Virus record (IMG/VR): IMGVR_UViG_3300036852_000742
Coordinates: 1 to 64,000 of that record
Length of the DNA stretch: 64,000 bases
Direction: 5' to 3' (one strand)
Source of the DNA: a virus
Shown here: positions 44,843 through 54,760 of the stretch, piece after piece
Position numbering within the stretch: the stretch's first letter is position 1
Layout: each line of letters begins with the position of its first letter
Position numbers and translations under genes: made by a program
Notes under the pieces: generated by a model
The model's database searches: none
Seen by the model: only the letters and a program-made list of their open reading frames with translations
Told to the model about the DNA's origin: nothing

Positions 44843-45280
44843 TCAGAGTTTGAGGATGATCGCAAGGATCGAGCCTGCGAGGATCGCCGCCCCGCACAGG
44901 TACGCCCAGCCCAGATTCAGCCCGGTCGAGCGGCCTTCGGTCTTGTCGATCCTGGACGCCAACTCACGTATCCGCTCACCGGTACCGGCGCGCTGTGCCT
45001 CAAACTCGACGCGCGACACGAACGTGGCCGTCTGATCAGACAGGGTCTGACGAAACTCGTTGACCCCTTCGAAGCGTTTCTCCGTGGCCACTTCAGCCTT
45101 CGTGACGGCTTTCTCCGCCGCGATCAGCGCCGCCCCGATGGCCTTCTCGGCCGCGAGGAGGGCCGCGTCGATTGCTTTTGTCTGGGCGTCGAAACGCTGC
45201 TGGTAGCGCAGATCAGTTTCGACGAACAAGGCCCGGACATGCTCCAGGAGTGTGATACGTGAAGACCTCACACCCCACAC
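44843..45280 (-). CDS. Lysis-cassette coiled-coil protein with C-terminal TM helix
   Basis: AAEKAVTKAEVATEKRFEGVNEFR; hydrophobic C-terminus; follows the endolysin. Confidence 0.7.
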   Translation of the reverse strand: MWGVRSSRITLLEHVRALFVETDLRYQQRFDAQTKAIDAALLAAEKAIGAALIAAEKAVTKAEVATEKRFEGVNEFRQTLSDQTATFVSRVEFEAQRAGTGERIRELASRIDKTEGRSTGLNLGWAYLCGAAILAGSILAIILKL

Positions 45281-45291
45281 CCCTTTTTTGG

Positions 45292-46176
45292 TTAGGCGCC
45301 GAACGCGTCGCCGGCAGCGGACAGTCTGGTAGCGAGGTCGACGACCGCTGTTGTGAGCCCGGCCAGTGAGGCGCCTACGGCGGCCGACACGGATGCGGTG
45401 ATCGCGGCGAGTTGCGCATCGGTCAGCTCGATGGGCGGTGCCGACGCGGCGGCCTCGATCCGGTCGAGCTGCTTGCCCCGCGCGCCCTTATCGGGTCCGT
45501 ACGCGCCAGCGCTGGTCTGTTCGCCGGCCCACAAATCGGCCAGCAGAACAGCCGCCGTCCGGCTGCCCACAGATTCGGGTTTGCCCCATTCGCCGTAGTC
45601 GAGATCCGTCATTGGGTCCTCCATGAACGTCGCGATATCGGCGAGCAGCACGTCCCACGGGAACTCAGGCCCAGGGTCGGTGTGGTCGCCGCCGTCCTCA
45701 GGCCAGCCGATCGTCCAGTCGTAGTGCCCGCAGATCCCGCGCGCGGCCGGGTCGCGCACGCCTCGGCCCACGACGCGCACCGCCGGGATGCCCCACTTGG
45801 CCATGTCGCGGGCGGCCTGGCGGGCGGCGTTGCGGATCGTCGCCCGGCTCACCGGATCCAGCCACTGCGCCCGCGTCTGGACGGTGCCGGCCAGCTCGTA
45901 GTGGATGCCGAACGCGTTGCCGTGCCACAGCGCGGTGTGGCTGCGATCCGTCGTCCGTACACAGTGGACGACCGAGTCGCTGTCGACGTGATAGTGGGCA
46001 CTGGTCCCGTCGGTGCGCCTCTGGTCGTACGCCGCGCCGCTCTCGCCCGCGTCCGGGCCTTCATGGCCGGCGGTGTAGTGGATCGTCACAAAGCGGGGTG
46101 GGCCGTCCGGGCGACCACGCGAAAACGAGCGCGGGGGCACCCACGCCAGATCCGGATATTCGGGAGACTGCGCCAT
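45292..46176 (-). CDS. Endolysin, N-acetylmuramoyl-L-alanine amidase (Amidase_2)
   Basis: VTIHYTAG, SAHYHVD, GICGH, DHTDPGPEFPWD. Confidence 0.9.
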   Translation of the reverse strand: MAQSPEYPDLAWVPPRSFSRGRPDGPPRFVTIHYTAGHEGPDAGESGAAYDQRRTDGTSAHYHVDSDSVVHCVRTTDRSHTALWHGNAFGIHYELAGTVQTRAQWLDPVSRATIRNAARQAARDMAKWGIPAVRVVGRGVRDPAARGICGHYDWTIGWPEDGGDHTDPGPEFPWDVLLADIATFMEDPMTDLDYGEWGKPESVGSRTAAVLLADLWAGEQTSAGAYGPDKGARGKQLDRIEAAASAPPIELTDAQLAAITASVSAAVGASLAGLTTAVVDLATRLSAAGDAFGA

Positions 46177-46232
46177 CACTGCGCCCCCTTTCGCCGCGTC
46201 GAAGGGGGACACTGGGCGCCGTGAACATTCCG

Positions 46233-46985
46233 ATGAGCAGGGCCCTGTCGGTAGTTGCGGCGCTGGCTGTGGTTGTGGTGGGCGGTGCCGGACCGTCATC
46301 CACTCGCGCGGCGGCACTCCCGGCGGAGTTAGTGATCATGACCATGGGTGACTCGATCACCCTGGCTGCCGAGTCGGGCGGGGAAAGCTACCGCGCTGAG
46401 TTGGGGCGGCTCCTCGACCAGGCCGGCGTCGCGCACCGGTTCGTGATCGCCGCGCACGGCGGTTGGGGCTGCCGCGACTGGGTCCCGCTGGCGCAGAACC
46501 TCGTTGCGACGGAGCGGCCTGATGTTGTGCTGCTGAACTGCGGAACCAACGACGGCGGCCTGCCCGACTTCGAAGGGCAATACTACTGGCTGATCAACAA
46601 CCTGTTAAGCGGCAACGGGTGGGGCACTCGGGTGATGCCCAGTTGGGTCATGTACTCGGCTGTGCCACCGGGAGCGGCCTGGTTGCGGGACAGTGAGCCC
46701 AGGGCCAACGACGCGATCTACCGGGTGATCGTGCCGTCGGTCTGGAAAGCCCAGGGCCGGGTGGTCAACTTCGCCAACACCGGGGCCATCCCCGAGGCTT
46801 ATTTGGACTCTGGCGGTGTCCACCCAACAACGGCCGGCTACACGGCGATGGGCAGGCTCTGGTTCGAGGCGTTGCGCCCGGTGTACGGGCTGCCGGACAT
46901 CGCACCGAAAACGTGCGGGCTGACTGGGAGAAGACCGGGTGGCCTGACCCCGGCCTACCTTCCATGTACGGTCCTGGCTGGGTAG
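46233..46985 (+). CDS. Secreted SGNH/GDSL hydrolase
   Basis: Signal-like N-terminus; GDSIT, GTND, D..GVHP blocks. Confidence 0.85.
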   Translation: MSRALSVVAALAVVVVGGAGPSSTRAAALPAELVIMTMGDSITLAAESGGESYRAELGRLLDQAGVAHRFVIAAHGGWGCRDWVPLAQNLVATERPDVVLLNCGTNDGGLPDFEGQYYWLINNLLSGNGWGTRVMPSWVMYSAVPPGAAWLRDSEPRANDAIYRVIVPSVWKAQGRVVNFANTGAIPEAYLDSGGVHPTTAGYTAMGRLWFEALRPVYGLPDIAPKTCGLTGRRPGGLTPAYLPCTVLAG

Positions 46986-46991
46986 CCGGGT

Positions 46992-47600
46992 CTAGGCCTG
47001 GTAGCAGAGGAGGGCGAAGATCTGGTCGTTGGTCGCCCACGCCGTCCCCGGGCCGGCGGAGCCCAGCGCGGTGCCGATGCCCTGCTGGAAGATCTCGATG
47101 TTGGTTGAGTTGAGCCCTCTGGCGACGTCGCAGTAAAAGCCGGAGCCGGAGTCTTGAATGAAGACCACACCGGCGCACCGGCTCTGCGCTGCCGTGCTGG
47201 CGGCGACCGGGATGCTGAAACGGTAGGCGCCCGACCCGGCGGAGTAGGTGGACCCGATGGTGACCGCGAAGGCAAAGAACACGGTCTTGCCGATCTGGAC
47301 CCACTCGGCGGCGTAGGTGCTGTTTCCCTTGGTGGGGTTGGTTGTGACGGCGGTGATCGCGAAGGTGGCCGAGTAGTCGGTCCAGGCCCCCAGCGGGAGA
47401 CCGTTGAGCCAGGCGGCCCCGCTGTAGCCGTCGTACCGGTCGCTGTCAGCCAGGTACGACAGCATTCCCTCAACCGGTGCGGTGACCGCCGAGGTGCGGG
47501 CGGCCTCCGTGGCGAACGGGGTGACGACCTGGTCGCGGATGTTGGCGTTGGCCCACGCGGCGGTGATGGTCGTGCCGGCGACGTTCGTGGTGTAGGGCAC
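46992..47600 (-). CDS. Minor tail/fiber protein
   Basis: Position; N-terminal AGTTITAAWAN..IRDQ; beta-rich C-terminus. Confidence 0.7.
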   Translation of the reverse strand: MPYTTNVAGTTITAAWANANIRDQVVTPFATEAARTSAVTAPVEGMLSYLADSDRYDGYSGAAWLNGLPLGAWTDYSATFAITAVTTNPTKGNSTYAAEWVQIGKTVFFAFAVTIGSTYSAGSGAYRFSIPVAASTAAQSRCAGVVFIQDSGSGFYCDVARGLNSTNIEIFQQGIGTALGSAGPGTAWATNDQIFALLCYQA

Positions 47601-47602
47601 CC

Positions 47603-48004
47603 CTACTCCTCCTCCCCACGCCAAACGCCCAACGGTCGGTGGTCGGCCTCGGCCGGGATCGGGTCGTAGCCCAGGCGCAGGACGCCGTAGCGGGCCGGCG
47701 CGCCCATCAGCCGCAGCGCCTTGCACACCGTGGAGCCGTGCGATTCGCCCTCGACCGCCGCTGTCGACTCATCGGCGGCGTGCCCAGCCCCGGCGCAGTA
47801 GTCCAAATTGGACGGTGCGACCCCGCCGACCATCACCGCCCACCGGTAGCCGGCGGGGATCGTCGGATGCACGCCCACATCAATCGGGTGGATCACGACC
47901 GTCACTTCGGGCACCAGCACAGGCCCTGGCGGGCCGGCGGGCACCACCCGCGCCACAAGGTCGGTCTCCGCCTTGGCCATGTAGTCGCTCAGGACTGCCG
48001 TCAC
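47603..48004 (-). CDS. Hypothetical tail-region protein
   Basis: GAGGAG RBS; position. Confidence 0.6.
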   Translation of the reverse strand: MTAVLSDYMAKAETDLVARVVPAGPPGPVLVPEVTVVIHPIDVGVHPTIPAGYRWAVMVGGVAPSNLDYCAGAGHAADESTAAVEGESHGSTVCKALRLMGAPARYGVLRLGYDPIPAEADHRPLGVWRGEEE

Positions 48005-48022
48005 CCGCGCTCCTCGCTGCTG

Positions 48023-49291
48023 CTAGTAGAAGAACAGCGACGAATCCCAGGTCGCGGCGTCCCACAGACTGGTGGCGTAGATGGTGTACGGGGAGGCTGA
48101 CCACAGCTCGAAGGCCGTCACCCAGGTGCCGCCGGTGATGGTGTGGGTGATACCGGAGACGAACACGTCACGGGTGATGGTGTGGTCGCCCGGGGGGCGG
48201 CGCACCACCCGCATGAGGTCTCTCACCTGCCGGCCCAGCACCTGCGGGAACAGCAACGCGGGCCGGTTACGCGGCCTGACGGTGATCCCTTCGACCCGCA
48301 GTTCTGGGTCCTTGTACCGCTGCACATGCCACGTCGCCAACGCCAAGGCCTGGGCGTCGGTTTCGCAGATCAGGTCGGTGCGGACCTCTGTCCGGTCGCC
48401 GTACAAAGCGCGGGAGGTGTTGTCCGTAGCGATCTGCGCGGTGGACCCGACAGCCGCGAACGAGGCGATGTTGGCGACCAGGTCCCCGTCGTAGGACACC
48501 ACCGGTTCGTCGTAGGCCAACTCTCCGGGCCCGTCACCCCACGTCGCCTGGACTGTGTTCGACCGCGTGTTCTCCATCAACGCGTACTGGTTTTCGAAGA
48601 CCACCGTCCCGTCGGCGGCGATGTACAGCGCCCCGCCTTCGCTGTCGGCGGTTAGCTTCAGCTCGGTGGTGGTGTTCGCGGCCAGGGTGGTGGCCTGCAT
48701 TGTTTGCCGACCGGGGTCCACAGCGCGGTTCCCGGTGTGCCCGGCGGTGTTGAGGATCCGGTGGATGCGTTGCCCCGCTGTTTCCCCGCCGCCGGCCGGG
48801 GGCTGTTCGTACCCGTCGTAGCCGGACAGCCGGGCCAGCTCGTCAGCGCATGGCACCGTCACAACCGCGTCGCCGGTGCGGTCGGTGCCGCCGCCGCCTT
48901 CCCAGGACTCCTGCCACGCCAGGGCGTACCCGCTGAACACGTCGTAGGTGATGCTGTTGTAGGTGGCCCGGACCCGGACCGGGCGCCACGGGCGGATCCC
49001 GGTGACACCGCTGGTGACGTACGGGCCGGTCAGGTTCGCTGGGGAGAACCGCCCATCAGAGTTGGCCAGGACGATCGTGGCGGCGCCGGCCTCCCACGCC
49101 GCCACGTCCCGGCTGAACCCGCGCGAGGTGAGCACGGACCGAACCCACTCGCTGATGTCGGTCCAGACAACGTCAGGGCCGAACGTCGCGGTGTTGAACA
49201 GGGCGCTGTCCCACGCCCCGTAGCTGCCGGTGGCGGCCGACAACGCCGCCTCCACCGTCAACGTCACACCGTCGAACAGGGTGATGGACAC
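48023..49291 (-). CDS. Minor tail protein
   Basis: Directly after the tape measure; L.NSDGRFSP.N..GPY motif. Confidence 0.8.
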   Translation of the reverse strand: MSITLFDGVTLTVEAALSAATGSYGAWDSALFNTATFGPDVVWTDISEWVRSVLTSRGFSRDVAAWEAGAATIVLANSDGRFSPANLTGPYVTSGVTGIRPWRPVRVRATYNSITYDVFSGYALAWQESWEGGGGTDRTGDAVVTVPCADELARLSGYDGYEQPPAGGGETAGQRIHRILNTAGHTGNRAVDPGRQTMQATTLAANTTTELKLTADSEGGALYIAADGTVVFENQYALMENTRSNTVQATWGDGPGELAYDEPVVSYDGDLVANIASFAAVGSTAQIATDNTSRALYGDRTEVRTDLICETDAQALALATWHVQRYKDPELRVEGITVRPRNRPALLFPQVLGRQVRDLMRVVRRPPGDHTITRDVFVSGITHTITGGTWVTAFELWSASPYTIYATSLWDAATWDSSLFFY

Positions 49292-49294
49292 AGG

Positions 49295-52084
49295 TCATGC
49301 CCTCCACCCCGCCCCGTTGGCCTTCTCGTACTGGCGGATCTTCGACACGACCACCGCGCCGACTTCCGCCCCGGTCCCGGGCACCCCGTTCACGGTGATG
49401 TTGTACGAGTTCCCGCCCCCACCGCCGCCGCCCGGCGTGACGGACGCCCCGTACCAGGACGCCGCCCTGCCCAAGATGTTCATGGACCGGCCGTAGTTGC
49501 CTCGCTTCGGCACGAACGCCTCACCGCCGGTGGCGGGTTCGGCGAACGCGTAGCGCGGGCGCGACCCGGCCGAATAGACACTGGCCTCACGTAGCAGACC
49601 GCTGGCGGCGTACTCGGTGATGCCACCCCACCGGTTGTACTTGCGGCTTGATCCGGTGTACTGGCCGGAGTCGTCGTAGGTCTGGATGTGATCGCTGTAG
49701 ATCTTGACGTGGGCCACCGACCCGTCAAGCCGGGTGATGTCCCGCAGCACGCCGTACAGCTTCCTTTCCGCTTCGGCGAGGCCAGCCATGTCGATCCTCG
49801 TGGAGACCACCGGCGGCATGGTGAACAGGTCGGCGACCAGCTTGTTGATCTGCTCGTCGGTGAACCCTGCCTGACGCATCGTCGAGCGCAACTGGGCAAC
49901 GTAGCCGTCCCACACGGCGGCCGCCTCGGTGACGGATCCGGTCTCCTCGTACTTGGCCTGCGCGGATTTGATCGCCGCCTCACGCAGCGACAGGATCGTC
50001 TTCTGGTTCTCGCGGCCCTGGGCGGAGTTCAAATCGAGGGTGGCGCCGTTCTCACCGAACGCCTCCGTCAACGCAATCACAGCTTCACGCGCGGCGATGT
50101 CAGCCCCGATGAAACCGGCCAGGCCACCAGAAAGCTGGTTGAGGACGTCAAGCAGGGTCTGGCCCTTTTCGATTGCCCCTTGCATCCCGTCGCCGAGCAG
50201 CAACGCGTTCGCGCTCGCGTCGCCGAACCCTTTCGCCGCACCTGAGGACGCCAAGGCCGCTCCGCCAGCGGCCACCGAGTACTCCGGGAACAATGCGGTC
50301 AGGTCCCCGAGCGCACGACCGTCGGCGATCCACGCGGCTTCGATCGCCCGGTACGCCATGGCGGCCTGTGTGGCATGTCCCGACTTGGTCATCCCGGCCA
50401 GCGCCGTGTCGGCAACCTTGAAGTCCGCCGCCGCCTGCGCGGCGGCCTTACCCAAGGCCTCGAAGTCACCGGACGGAAGGGTCCGGCCTACGGCAGCACC
50501 TGCCGCGTCCTTCACCGACTTCAGCGCCGAGCTGTACTTGTTGATCGCGTCGGCGGCAGCGCCCATCTTCTTCAGATCCATGCCGAACATCACGTCAAGC
50601 GGTTTGGACGTGTTGCCGGAACGACCCAAGGTGTCCAACGCCCGCGAGACTTCGTCGATGTCCCGGGCCGCTGGCCCGGCCTTCTTGTTGATCGTGCTGA
50701 GGAGGCCATCGACGACGATGTACGCGGCGTAGATGGCCAGCGCCCACGGGATCGCAGCGTGGATCGCGGCGCCGAGGAAGCGGATGCCGATCGCGGCGTA
50801 CGTCCCGGCTGTACCCATCCCGGCCAGCGCCACCATGGCGGCGCTGGCCATCGCAGACAGCCTCATAAACCCGGCGGCAGCAAGTAGCGAAATGCCCGCC
50901 AGCCCAGCAACAACAGTGATGGTGGAGGTGATCGGGGTTGGGATTGACGAGATCAGGTTGACGAGCGCTTCCAACGACTTCGTGAGGATCCGCAGCCCGC
51001 TGGTGACCCCACCACCGGACGAAATCATCAAAGTGTCGATGGACCCTTTCAGGTGCTCGACGTCACCGGCCAGGTTGTCCATCTTCGTGGCGGCGGTCTT
51101 CGCGGCCGACCCGGACTGGTTGATCGCGTCGGTGTAGGTCGTGACCCCAGACGCGCCAAGGTCGTACAGGACCGAGGCGCCCCGGATCGCGTCCGTCCCG
51201 AAGATCGTGGCCATCGCCGCGTTGCGTTCGGCATCGGTCAGCTCGCTCATGGTGTCGCGTAGCCGCCCGGCCATTGTCGCCGCGTCGACCATTTTCCCGC
51301 TGGAGTCGTACACGCTCAAACCCAGTTCTTTCATGACCCCGGCGGCCTTCGTCGACGGGGAGAACAGGTGGATGAGCATGGTTTTGAGTGAGGTGCCGGC
51401 GTCGGCGGAGCGCAGACCCCGGTCGGCGAACGCGGCCAGGACAGCGGTGGTTTCCTCAATGGACCACCCGGCCTGGGCCGCGACCATGCCACCCTGGCGC
51501 AGCGCCAAGGTCAGGTCGTGCATTGACGCGGCTGACTTGTTCGCGGCCCCGGCGAACAGGTCAGCGACGTGGCTGACTTGGCTGCCGGACAGGTGGAACA
51601 TGTTCATGGCCTGCGCGGCGATGACCGCAGCGTCGGCCAGCTCCATCTGCCCGGCGGCGGCCAGGTTGACCGTCCCGACCAGGGCCCCGCCCAGAATGTC
51701 GGCGGTGCTCAGGCCTGCTTTCGCCAGCTCCGCCTCGGCCTGCGCGGCCTGGGTGGCGGTGAATGCGGTGGTCCGGCCGGTGTCCAACGCAAGCTCGCGC
51801 AGCCGGGCCAGTTCGTCGGCGGTGGAGTTCGTGACAGCTTTCACCTCGGACATGGCCTTGTCGAACGCCATCTGGACCTTGATGGCGTACCCGGGCAGGA
51901 GGAGCAGGCCTGCGCCGAGCACCGCAGCGGCGCGGGTGATCTCACCGAGGCGGGCCGGTGAGGTGCGTCCCAGGTCGTCCAGTTCCCCACCGAAGCGCCT
52001 GGTGGCGGCCCCGGCCGCCCGCAGGCCGGCAAGGTACCCGGCGATCTCCGCCCGCAAAACGACGGACACGGAACGGACAGTCAC
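49295..52084 (-). CDS. Tape measure protein (TP901 family)
   Basis: FDKAMSEVKAV, ELAKAG, AGTSLKTML, KMDNLAGDVE; 929 aa, Ala-rich. Confidence 0.93.
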   Translation of the reverse strand: MTVRSVSVVLRAEIAGYLAGLRAAGAATRRFGGELDDLGRTSPARLGEITRAAAVLGAGLLLLPGYAIKVQMAFDKAMSEVKAVTNSTADELARLRELALDTGRTTAFTATQAAQAEAELAKAGLSTADILGGALVGTVNLAAAGQMELADAAVIAAQAMNMFHLSGSQVSHVADLFAGAANKSAASMHDLTLALRQGGMVAAQAGWSIEETTAVLAAFADRGLRSADAGTSLKTMLIHLFSPSTKAAGVMKELGLSVYDSSGKMVDAATMAGRLRDTMSELTDAERNAAMATIFGTDAIRGASVLYDLGASGVTTYTDAINQSGSAAKTAATKMDNLAGDVEHLKGSIDTLMISSGGGVTSGLRILTKSLEALVNLISSIPTPITSTITVVAGLAGISLLAAAGFMRLSAMASAAMVALAGMGTAGTYAAIGIRFLGAAIHAAIPWALAIYAAYIVVDGLLSTINKKAGPAARDIDEVSRALDTLGRSGNTSKPLDVMFGMDLKKMGAAADAINKYSSALKSVKDAAGAAVGRTLPSGDFEALGKAAAQAAADFKVADTALAGMTKSGHATQAAMAYRAIEAAWIADGRALGDLTALFPEYSVAAGGAALASSGAAKGFGDASANALLLGDGMQGAIEKGQTLLDVLNQLSGGLAGFIGADIAAREAVIALTEAFGENGATLDLNSAQGRENQKTILSLREAAIKSAQAKYEETGSVTEAAAVWDGYVAQLRSTMRQAGFTDEQINKLVADLFTMPPVVSTRIDMAGLAEAERKLYGVLRDITRLDGSVAHVKIYSDHIQTYDDSGQYTGSSRKYNRWGGITEYAASGLLREASVYSAGSRPRYAFAEPATGGEAFVPKRGNYGRSMNILGRAASWYGASVTPGGGGGGGNSYNITVNGVPGTGAEVGAVVVSKIRQYEKANGAGWRA

Positions 52085-52111
52085 CCCGCCACCCCCGCAC
52101 CGTTGCGCCGT

Positions 52112-52522
52112 TCAGCGTCGTTCCGCCCGCCACCGGGTGGCCTGCATGTGTTTGTGGTCCTGGGCGTGGCGCTCCATCGCCATCGCCACAGCGGTGCACG
52201 CCCCGCAGCGGTGCGGCGGGGGTACCCGGTACAGCTCGGCGTCGGCGTCGGTGGTGGTGTCCGGCAACCACCCGCCGCACCCGTCGCACGTCATCGTGCG
52301 GTACAGGCGCAGCGCAAGGGCATGCGCCTGCTGCTGTTCGTCCCACTCCACGTCGCGGGTCGTGACCGCCGTGGCGAGGCGCCCATCCGGCCCGTAGGTG
52401 TACTCGGTCGTGTCGGTGGGTTCCCACCCGTCGAACCGTTTCAGGCTGATACCCAGCCCGGTGGCTGCCTCTACTCGCCCACGAAGGTCTTCAGAATCGC
52501 GGAGGCGGTGGGCGAGAAAGGG
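52112..52522 (-). CDS. Tail assembly chaperone -1 frameshift extension (gpGT-like)
   Basis: The -1 frame is open from CCCTTTC (52522-52516) to the stop at 52112. Confidence 0.75.
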   Translation of the reverse strand, partial: PFLAHRLRDSEDLRGRVEAATGLGISLKRFDGWEPTDTTEYTYGPDGRLATAVTTRDVEWDEQQQAHALALRLYRTMTCDGCGGWLPDTTTDADAELYRVPPPHRCGACTAVAMAMERHAQDHKHMQATRWRAERR

Positions 52523-52998
52523 ATATCAACACCGCGCCGGTTCAGCGACCACACCGCGTCAGCCAGTGTCTGGTACTGGAGGTTGGTCAGTTTCTCATCC
52601 AGCAACACTGTCCATTGTGCTTCGGTGAGCACCGGCTCCACGGTGCACTCGCGGATGAGTGCACCGAAGAACGAGTCTTCGTTGACGCCGATCAGCTTGT
52701 CGCCGTTGTTGTCCGGGCGGGGCGGGTGCGCAACAAGCAGCTCAGACCACCGGATCCGGGTCAGTGCCCGCATCCGGAACTCGACGGCACCGGCGCGCAT
52801 CTCTTCCCGCAGCGCCTCGATCCGTTCGGCGATGGCCCGGCGCTGCCCACCGGAGGACAGGGAGTCCGCCGGCCGGTCGAGCATCTCCAGCTCCCGTTCG
52901 GCGACCTCCACCTGGGCAACCAGGTCCCCACGCAGGGACAGCGGAACGCTGCGTTCGGGGAGCTGCGCGGCGGCGAGCGCGGCGTCAATGTCGAGCAT
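52471..52998 (-). CDS. Tail assembly chaperone (gpG-like)
   Basis: Between the major tail and tape measure genes; has DIPF near the end. Confidence 0.8.
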   Translation of the reverse strand: MLDIDAALAAAQLPERSVPLSLRGDLVAQVEVAERELEMLDRPADSLSSGGQRRAIAERIEALREEMRAGAVEFRMRALTRIRWSELLVAHPPRPDNNGDKLIGVNEDSFFGALIRECTVEPVLTEAQWTVLLDEKLTNLQYQTLADAVWSLNRRGVDIPFSPTASAILKTFVGE

Positions 52999-53039
52999 GT
53001 TGCGTTTACCTGTGTGCCTTGCCTTGTAGGGTTGCGGTG

Positions 53040-53078
53040 GTGCGGGACGGCCTGCGGGGGAGCGGGACCGTCCCGCAC
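53040..53078 (-). terminator. Hairpin after the major tail gene
   Basis: GTGCGGGACGG/CCGTCCCGCAC. Confidence 0.55.
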
Positions 53079-53092
53079 TGTCACGAGCGGGG

Positions 53093-53572
53093 TTAGGCGA
53101 CGGCAGACCGCAAATCCGGCGCCGAGGTGATCATGGTGGGGACTTCCCACCGGGCCACCGTGTTCGCCTCCGGGGTGAGGCGTTTGGTCTGCCCGCAGAT
53201 CACCGGGAACACCTGGATGGCCTGTGCCGACGTCCACGCCGTGGTCTCCAGCACGTCACGGCGGATCACGATGTACCCGGTGGCGCCCCGGATGAGGGTG
53301 GTGTATGCGGTGTCGGTGCCGGACTGCTTTTTCAACCGCAGCATCGTCCCGCTGAAGTCATCCCGGCCGATTGTCTTGGTGTTGAACGTCGACGACAGGG
53401 CGGTGGTGTCCACTTCGGACGTTGACGCCTCAAACCCGATCAGCCCGTCGGCGGTGATGACCGACTGGAGGGTGGTGCCCGCGTTCAGCTCGGTCGTGGT
53501 CGGGGCGGCGATGTTGGAGATGGTCGGCACCCACGACACGCGGGTGTAGCCATCGACGAGGATGTCAGCCAT
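53093..53572 (-). CDS. Major tail protein
   Basis: VSWVPTISNIAAPTTTELNAG...GYIVIRR actinophage tail-tube motif. Confidence 0.82.
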   Translation of the reverse strand: MADILVDGYTRVSWVPTISNIAAPTTTELNAGTTLQSVITADGLIGFEASTSEVDTTALSSTFNTKTIGRDDFSGTMLRLKKQSGTDTAYTTLIRGATGYIVIRRDVLETTAWTSAQAIQVFPVICGQTKRLTPEANTVARWEVPTMITSAPDLRSAVA

Positions 53573-53843
53573 CGGTCAGGTCTCCGGTCGCGTTGGGGTG
53601 CGGGGCGGCCTTGGCGGCCTTGGGCTTGGAGTCGGCCGGGGTCAAAGCCGCGACCGTGGCGGGGGGTGCTTTGCGGGTGCCCGGGTTGTCCAGCGACGGG
53701 TCGCGGGTCGGGTCCGGCTCGGGCGGCGCGTCGCACAACTCCCACCCCGCGTGCTGCCACAGTTCGACCGCACCGGCCGCGAACCGGCCCTTGCCTTTGT
53801 GCTCGCGGTGCTGCATCCAGACGAAGTCGGTCACGATGGCCAC
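53565..53843 (-). CDS. Hypothetical protein
   Basis: Packed in the late operon. Confidence 0.6.
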   Translation of the reverse strand: MAIVTDFVWMQHREHKGKGRFAAGAVELWQHAGWELCDAPPEPDPTRDPSLDNPGTRKAPPATVAALTPADSKPKAAKAAPHPNATGDLTDG

Positions 53844-53851
53844 TGCCCGCC

Positions 53852-54187
53852 TCAGAACTTGTAGGCCTCGGCGGTGACCGAGGTCGTGAAGGAGTGGGAG
53901 ACCGTGGCGACGCCCGTGGTCTGGTTCACGTTGGCCGGCCCGATGTACATGCGTTTGCGTGCACCGGCGGCGACAGCCACAGTCGCCGCGACACCGGCGT
54001 TGCCGGCGGCGGTGGTGCCCGGGTCGGAGATCGTGACGGTGTCGGTGGAGCCGCCCGCGTTGGACACCTCGTAGATCAGCCCACGGGTGCCCACGTCGGC
54101 GGTGGCGATCGTGTCGGATGCGGCCACGGCGGTCAGGGATACCGCCGCCCCGGCAGCGACCACTGTTGCGACAGTCAAAAGCGCCAT
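53852..54187 (-). CDS. Small virion structural protein
   Basis: Beta-rich Ala/Thr/Val composition; GGAGG RBS. Confidence 0.65.
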   Translation of the reverse strand: MALLTVATVVAAGAAVSLTAVAASDTIATADVGTRGLIYEVSNAGGSTDTVTISDPGTTAAGNAGVAATVAVAAGARKRMYIGPANVNQTTGVATVSHSFTTSVTAEAYKF

Positions 54188-54250
54188 GCGGCGTCCCTCC
54201 TGGGGTGATTGGGGTTTCCGCCGCACGGGCGGGGCAGCAAAAAAGAGCGG

Positions 54251-54691
54251 TCAGGCCAGGTAGGACATGACCGCGAACTGGTTGATGGCGTAGAACAAGG
54301 GCCGCCCGGTGGCCGGGTCACGCGCGGCGGGGTCTTGGGCCACCGACACACTCGTGATCACCTCAGTGACCATGCCGACGGTGCGCCCGGTCACCACAGG
54401 ACGCTGGTCAACAGCGGCGGCCCTAGCCCGGTCGATCGCGGCGCAGGTTTCCATCCAGTCCCGGCCGACAGCGGTGATCTGCCACCGGAACGTGAACTCA
54501 CCGGACGTACCAGCCAGGGTGTTCGTGGCTGTGGCACCGGGGGTCGGGTACAGGACCAGGTACGGGTAGGTCAGGCCGGCGCCGTCGTCGGTGACCTCCA
54601 CCTCGTACACCGGGTAACCGGCGTTGCGGTGCAACGCGGCCACGGCGGTGGTGTGGTGCTGGGAGATGTCGAGCAGGTCCAGCCAGCCCAT
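54251..54691 (-). CDS. Tail terminator-like protein
   Basis: YPYLVLYP...FRWQITAVG; position. Confidence 0.65.
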   Translation of the reverse strand: MGWLDLLDISQHHTTAVAALHRNAGYPVYEVEVTDDGAGLTYPYLVLYPTPGATATNTLAGTSGEFTFRWQITAVGRDWMETCAAIDRARAAAVDQRPVVTGRTVGMVTEVITSVSVAQDPAARDPATGRPLFYAINQFAVMSYLA

Positions 54692-54760
54692 GCCCGCCCC
54701 CCCTTGTTTTCCGGGCGGGTTGACGGCTAGGAGTGCCCGACTCACCGTAGAATTACTTGC

